64,000 bases of DNA, taken from assembly GCF_009914755.1 (NCBI RefSeq), contig NC_060929.1; one strand, 5' to 3'. Shown one piece after another: positions 59,131-64,000 of this stretch (the stretch's first letter is position 1; the number at the start of each line of letters is the position of its first letter). Below the pieces are notes generated by a model that saw nothing but the letters and a program-made list of their open reading frames with translations, made no database searches and was not told where the DNA came from. Source of the stretch: the human T2T-CHM13v2.0 reference genome, Homo sapiens. The translations under genes and the position numbers were made by a program.

Positions 59131-61212
59131 AAACAGTTCTATTTCTATCATCTGATATTCTCAGTCCAAAGTTTCTAAAATTCTTTGGGCAAAAGAGTCC
59201 TATAAATATTTACAGGTAAATTGACTTAAAGTTATGTTGATATGTTATTTGATCCTGAAATCTGGCACAGAAAAAGAAGTATTTGTCAATCACATAGACA
59301 ACACCTTTTTTTTTCCTGGGTTAAACGGAATCCTTACAAATTAGGGAAAATTTTTATGGAACAAACATTACAAATGCTTCCTTAAGATCTATTAATATGA
59401 TATGTAGTATGTTGCTAATTCAAGGAAATTTTCAATTACAAATATTTGTAAAGCAAATGAAGTAGCCTATTGATTGCTGTTTCAGTATGCCAGTAAAAAA
59501 GTTTGCCATAGCTTTCCTAGGACTCTTAGTTTCCTGATTTTATTTTTACAAGAAGAAGCTGATTTGTCTTAGGCTATTACTGTCTATTACTTGTAGAAGT
59601 CTTGAGCAAAGGTGGGAAGCAGCAAATTCTGGCAATCTGCCTAAAGAGAAATCAATGAAACAAATTAATCCTTTGCAGGCTGCAATGACACAGTAATCCA
59701 TCATTCAGAGCTGTTTTTATATACCAAATCAGAGAGCAGAGGAAAAGAGCCCTGGGGGATATCACAGGCAACAACTTACACCAACACTGAGAAAATACTG
59801 AGGAATCAGTTTATTTAAAGAGGATAGATTTCAGTTGATTGCCTATTTCGTCAAATAAAGATTTTTCTTCCACAGTGTGGTGAACCCAAGGGCCAGTGAC
59901 TGTATCTTCAGAATTCAGTACCATCTATGCTGGCTGACACCAATAGGAGATGAATGTTTTTAAATAATTAGCATCATTAATCAGTATGGTCAAATATCTG
60001 GGTAAAATAAATATTACTTTGTCCATCCAACTACAAAGTGTTATACATGGTCCTTGTTTTCACCAGAAACTAAGTGTAAATTTACCTACTAATCTACAAC
60101 TTAACTGACTAATTCCTGGTACACCATATTTGAGGTACTTCTTCACACATAAAATGTAACCATTTAAGATATATGTTACTTCCTAATGCTGTGTTAAGTT
60201 TAAAGACTTAAAATTTTTAATTCAAGCTCTTGTGTAAATTCCAGCAAGCAAGTCAGATTATAAATAAATGACTTATTTTAAAATGATAAATAATAATTTT
60301 GCTCATAATGTAGTTGACAGTGTTGGAAGATAAATGTGGTTTTCTTTTACAAATAAACATAATAAATGTACAGCAGTATATTCAAACTAAGTATATTTAT
60401 TTATACTTTTACAAAAGCCTATGTATTTAAATTTATTTGTGCTTCTGTAGAAAGTTATGCACCTTACTATGTCTTACTAGAGTAATGCATTCTAAGTAGA
60501 AGTATATTTCCTTGATGAAAACTAATGGCAAGAACTACAAAGTCACAGTGCATTACTACTCTAAATGCATGCATCATATTCATGGTTAAATGTGAGAAGT
60601 CAGTAAAAGAAAAGAATTTTCAAGATTATAAACCAAAGAAAACTTGACACGAGTCCCTGAAATGGTAAAACCCCAGAATACCTAGTCACAAATCCAAAAC
60701 AGAAAAAGATTAAATAAATGCTAACTACTCAATTTTTGAGTGGCATGTTCGAGTCTGAGGTCCGTGGCCATATGATCACAATTCCTGGCTATGCTGATGC
60801 ATTTTTAATTCAATGCATGGATCTAGTATTTATTGATTTAATAAGGTTAGAAGAATTACATTGTTGCTGCTACTGATGAACTGTCAGCAATTTAATCCAG
60901 TGAAATCTTACACAGAAATGTTTATTTTAGGGGAGAACGAGAGGAACAACAGCCATGTAAATAAATTTAATTCCTTTACTACCCTTGACAGTGACAAGAG
61001 CAAAACCCTTCTTTTCTAGACTGCTTTGGGCCCCAAACATTTTCTTTGATTAAAGATGTACCAGCTGATTGAGCTTATGGTGAAAAAGTTGCAGGATAGC
61101 CTTGTAGGTACACCTTAAAAATTAGGAAAAGCAATGACTTTCTCCCAGTATCCACTCTAGTCTCTCCTCATAGGTTTGAGGTACACACGCACCCACACAC
61201 CTCAACCCTTAC

Positions 61213-61267
61213 CTTGTCACCTAACAAGGTTTCAACGAGCCTGTCAGCGATTTCCTCTCTCTGGACC
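61213..61267 (-). other. Candidate 55-nt second exon
   Basis: Donor AAG|GTAAGG; acceptor aattttag|GG with branch-like TACTAAT ~20 nt upstream and a long pyrimidine tract; 1309-nt intron from the first-exon donor. Confidence 0.45.
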
Positions 61268-62449
61268 CTAAAATTTCCCACAGCATCATTAGTACACAGG
61301 AAGACAGAAGAGAAGGGAGAAAATAGAAAATTAACCTTCTTAAAAGCAATTCGGCCAAGAGAGGCTTTAAGGGCTATGTCAAAGTAAGGAGGTATTACAA
61401 GATCCAGAATCAGAAAGCGGGTTTAAAAAAATCCACAAAAGTTGCTGAAACAAACACTTGGGGACTATTAGAAAGCTTTTTGCACTGCTGCACTACCCTG
61501 CTCCTGGGCTTATCTCCCCAACCTGGACACCTGGGAAGCATGCTGTGCTTCAGCGTTTCCCTGACTTTGAAGAAATGGAGCGCTGGTGGTGCTGCTGCGG
61601 AGGTCAGTAAAACTATGCTAATTGGTGAACCTAATTGCTTCAAGCAGTCCTGCCTCTAAACATGGAGAGAGTACAGTTGATGGAGTCAGTCTGTTCCTGA
61701 TAAAATGAAGAACCACTGAATTAAATTCCCAAGGAAGGCACTATAAAAGTTTCCACAGTGTAACCAAATGACTTCACCTATGTTATTACCTCTAAGATGA
61801 CATCTTTGAAAGAAAGCAGACCCCAGTCGGGCTCCATATTCATAAATTGGCTGAGCTTAGGCCAGTGAATCTGGATTTATTTAAAAAGGTTTTTTCATCT
61901 TTCCAATCAAATGAAGTCATTTTTAATTAGATGCTTTCTGTTAACAATGTCACTCTTCTCCACATTACCTGCTCACACTTGCAGCGCCTCTAGTGCAACA
62001 TCTGGAGCACGAGTCCTCTGCAAGCAGTCCTCCCAACAGATTGGCTGGAGGATGGTAGTATTTCCGTTTCTCAGTCCCTGTCTGAAGGAAGATCCCATTC
62101 AGCGGGCTGATGGCGCGGGACATATCAACTCTCTAAACTGAGAGATTACAAAACAATCTCTAGAAAAACTCTTAAGATAACAGTCTCCCAATATCCTTTT
62201 TATGAACTACATAGCACTTTCTCCGCTGTTCCCGCCTTGCAGATGGGTGTTTTAAAAAGTGCCAAGGGCCACAAAAGGAAACTCCCACTGACTCTACAGC
62301 TTTTTGAAACCCAGTTCCTCCTTAAAACAGAAAATCAGGTGTGAGGGTCCCCAACTGTGCCCCAGGCCTTGCTTCCTACCCCTACCAGCAGCCCACCACC
62401 TGAAGAGGACTGGCTGTCCAAGGCAGGGCAAATCGTTAGGCACCCCAGG

Positions 62450-63660
62450 AGGATGGCAAGGTTCAGCGCTTTAGCCAGCGGCGGGGGAGGAAAGAGGCTA
62501 AATGGGGAAGTTGTAAAAGCGGCTTCGTTCGACGGTGGATCTCTGAACCTTAAAAGATTGGCGGGGACCCACTCACACTCCCTGGGGACCATTACTAAGA
62601 GGTCTGCTGTGCCGACCCGAGGGGGCGCCAACTGCCCGCGCGGAACCGGGCCGTGGGCCTGGGGTTCGGGAAGCGTGCGCCACCCCCGGTCGGGCCTGGC
62701 TTCCTTCTTGAATGCCCCCGGCGCAGGCCCGGTGCTTTGTCCCTCCGGCCTTCTCAAGGAGTGGTGGCCTTCTGCGGGGGCGAGAGCACGGCCTCTAGCC
62801 TTCCGCCGACGTCTCAGTGCGCAGATACCGCGGCCCGGGCCCCTCCGCCGCGCGGGGGACCGCACTAGCGTCGACCTCCCGGCAGCCAACCCCGCGCGCA
62901 AGGCTCCGCGGCCGGATATGGGCCTAGCTTCCGGGATCCGCTCCCTGCGGGGCCGCGCTTAGGGTCGGAGTTCGCTAGTCCAGGGAAAGGGGTGGGAGGG
63001 GCCCTCGGAGGGGCCCCTACAAGGGATCCCAGTCCGCAGAATTAAAAATTCGTTCGCAAGGGAGCGCCCTTCCGGGGTCAGGGTCGTGAAGAGACACTCG
63101 AGAATTAGGGTCCTGGACTGCAGTGGGGCCGGGCCTGGACTTCGGGCAGGTGTTTCCTGGCCGCCCTGGGGCCCTGCAGCACCGAGGGCCGCGCTGATCT
63201 CAGGGCTCAGGCGGACGAGGGGCCGCCACAGGCACCTTAGGACCCTGGCGGCCTGAAGGCCTGGGGCCTTCAGGAAAGCCTCGGGCACTCCCAGCGGGGG
63301 ACCTAGCGCCAGGTCACGATTCCATTCGGGGCGGGGAGCTTCTAAGCAGGAGTTGCTGACCAAGGAAAGAGTCTGGACCCGGGACCTCATCCCTGAGGAC
63401 CAGACCACGACCTTGGAGCTCAGCTCTCAGTCCTTCCCGGCTAGGGATGCGGAGGGGTCGGGAGCTCGACGGCTAAGCGGCAGGGAATCCTGAGTTCCTA
63501 GAGATCTACAGAAAGCAGAAGAACGACACTAGATGAGACTAGACAGTGACGGCGGAAGGACGGAACCACATGGAGACTGACACACTTTGCGAGTTGGGAC
63601 TCAATTGCATTTCTTTAAGTCCTTGATTCCGAAGTTTCCCCGCCCTCCTATGCAAGAGCG
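62450..63660. promoter_or_regulatory. CpG-island promoter
   Basis: Abrupt rise in GC and CpG against an AT-rich background; ETS/GABP CTTCCG/CGGAAG sites (~62800, 62928, 63069, 63553); GC boxes (~63329, ~63638); ATTGG (~62557); CTCF-like acccgagggggcgc (62615-62628); no TATA box. Confidence 0.85.
62577..62930 (-). other. Candidate first exon of an unidentified minus-strand gene/lncRNA (5' end uncertain)
   Basis: Inside the CpG island; donor AGT|GTGAGT at 62577/62576; first minus-strand ATG at 62592-62590 in gtaATGg context. Confidence 0.5.
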
Positions 63661-64000
63661 TTTGGGGAAACTAAGTTCCTTAGACTCTTTCATCCTTGTT
63701 ATGTGAGCTCAGGGAGGAAGGCAGACAATAGCTGCAGCCTAAACACCTGCTATCTCTCAATGCAATAAGATATAGACGGTGATTGGAGTCGTTTCTCTTT
63801 TTGCTTCCAGAGGGAGCTCAAACCTGAAGCATCAAGGTTATCTTTTTCCAAAGGTAAAACAAGAGACTTGCAAAACCTGCTAGGGACACCACAGCTCACA
63901 TCTGGAGGGGGTTCCCCTTTGCAAACGGAAAAGGCAATATGATTTTTTTTTTCATTTTAGGATTTGTGTGAACCTAAGTTCGGTACCTGCGACGAGTAAA

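Noticed and set aside
62357-63408. Long ORFs of 201, 188 and 149 aa over the CpG island
   Set aside because: Non-ATG starts and Arg/Pro/Gly/Ala-rich composition, expected from stop-codon scarcity in GC-rich DNA; no recognisable domain. Only the ATG-initiated spliced part is kept as a finding.

Overview
AT-rich primate genomic DNA, probably human or another catarrhine (AluJ/S/Y, L1PA7-like, THE1A). No intact known protein-coding gene is recognisable, and nearly all ORFs in the supplied track come from repeats or chance. A CpG-island promoter lies at the right end (~62.4-63.6 kb). A series of minus-strand exon candidates with good splice signals (first-exon donor at 62577; 61213-61267; 46900/46955-47076; 45842-45944; 23202-23348) suggests the window is the 5' part of a long minus-strand gene or lncRNA, which I cannot name from sequence alone. 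The introns carry a full-length but dead L1PA7-like element, several truncated L1s (all antisense to the inferred gene), Alus, MIR/L2, MaLR/ERVL LTRs and DNA transposons (near-full Tigger1, Tigger3b, MER6, MER1B, MER3, MER20, MER96B), several of them nested. Most notable: (1) a spliced small ORF from a strong-Kozak first AUG whose length (20/47/79 aa) depends on splice choice; (2) a 30-nt U6 snRNA retrocopy with its own 16-bp TSD inside L1 ORF2; (3) a nuclear-receptor/forkhead motif cluster and a nearby STAT (GAS) site cluster; (4) an L1 antisense promoter/ORF0 remnant pointing along the host strand. Repeat subfamily names were assigned from remembered consensus sequences and need RepeatMasker confirmation. 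I found no evidence of a wholly new biological system.
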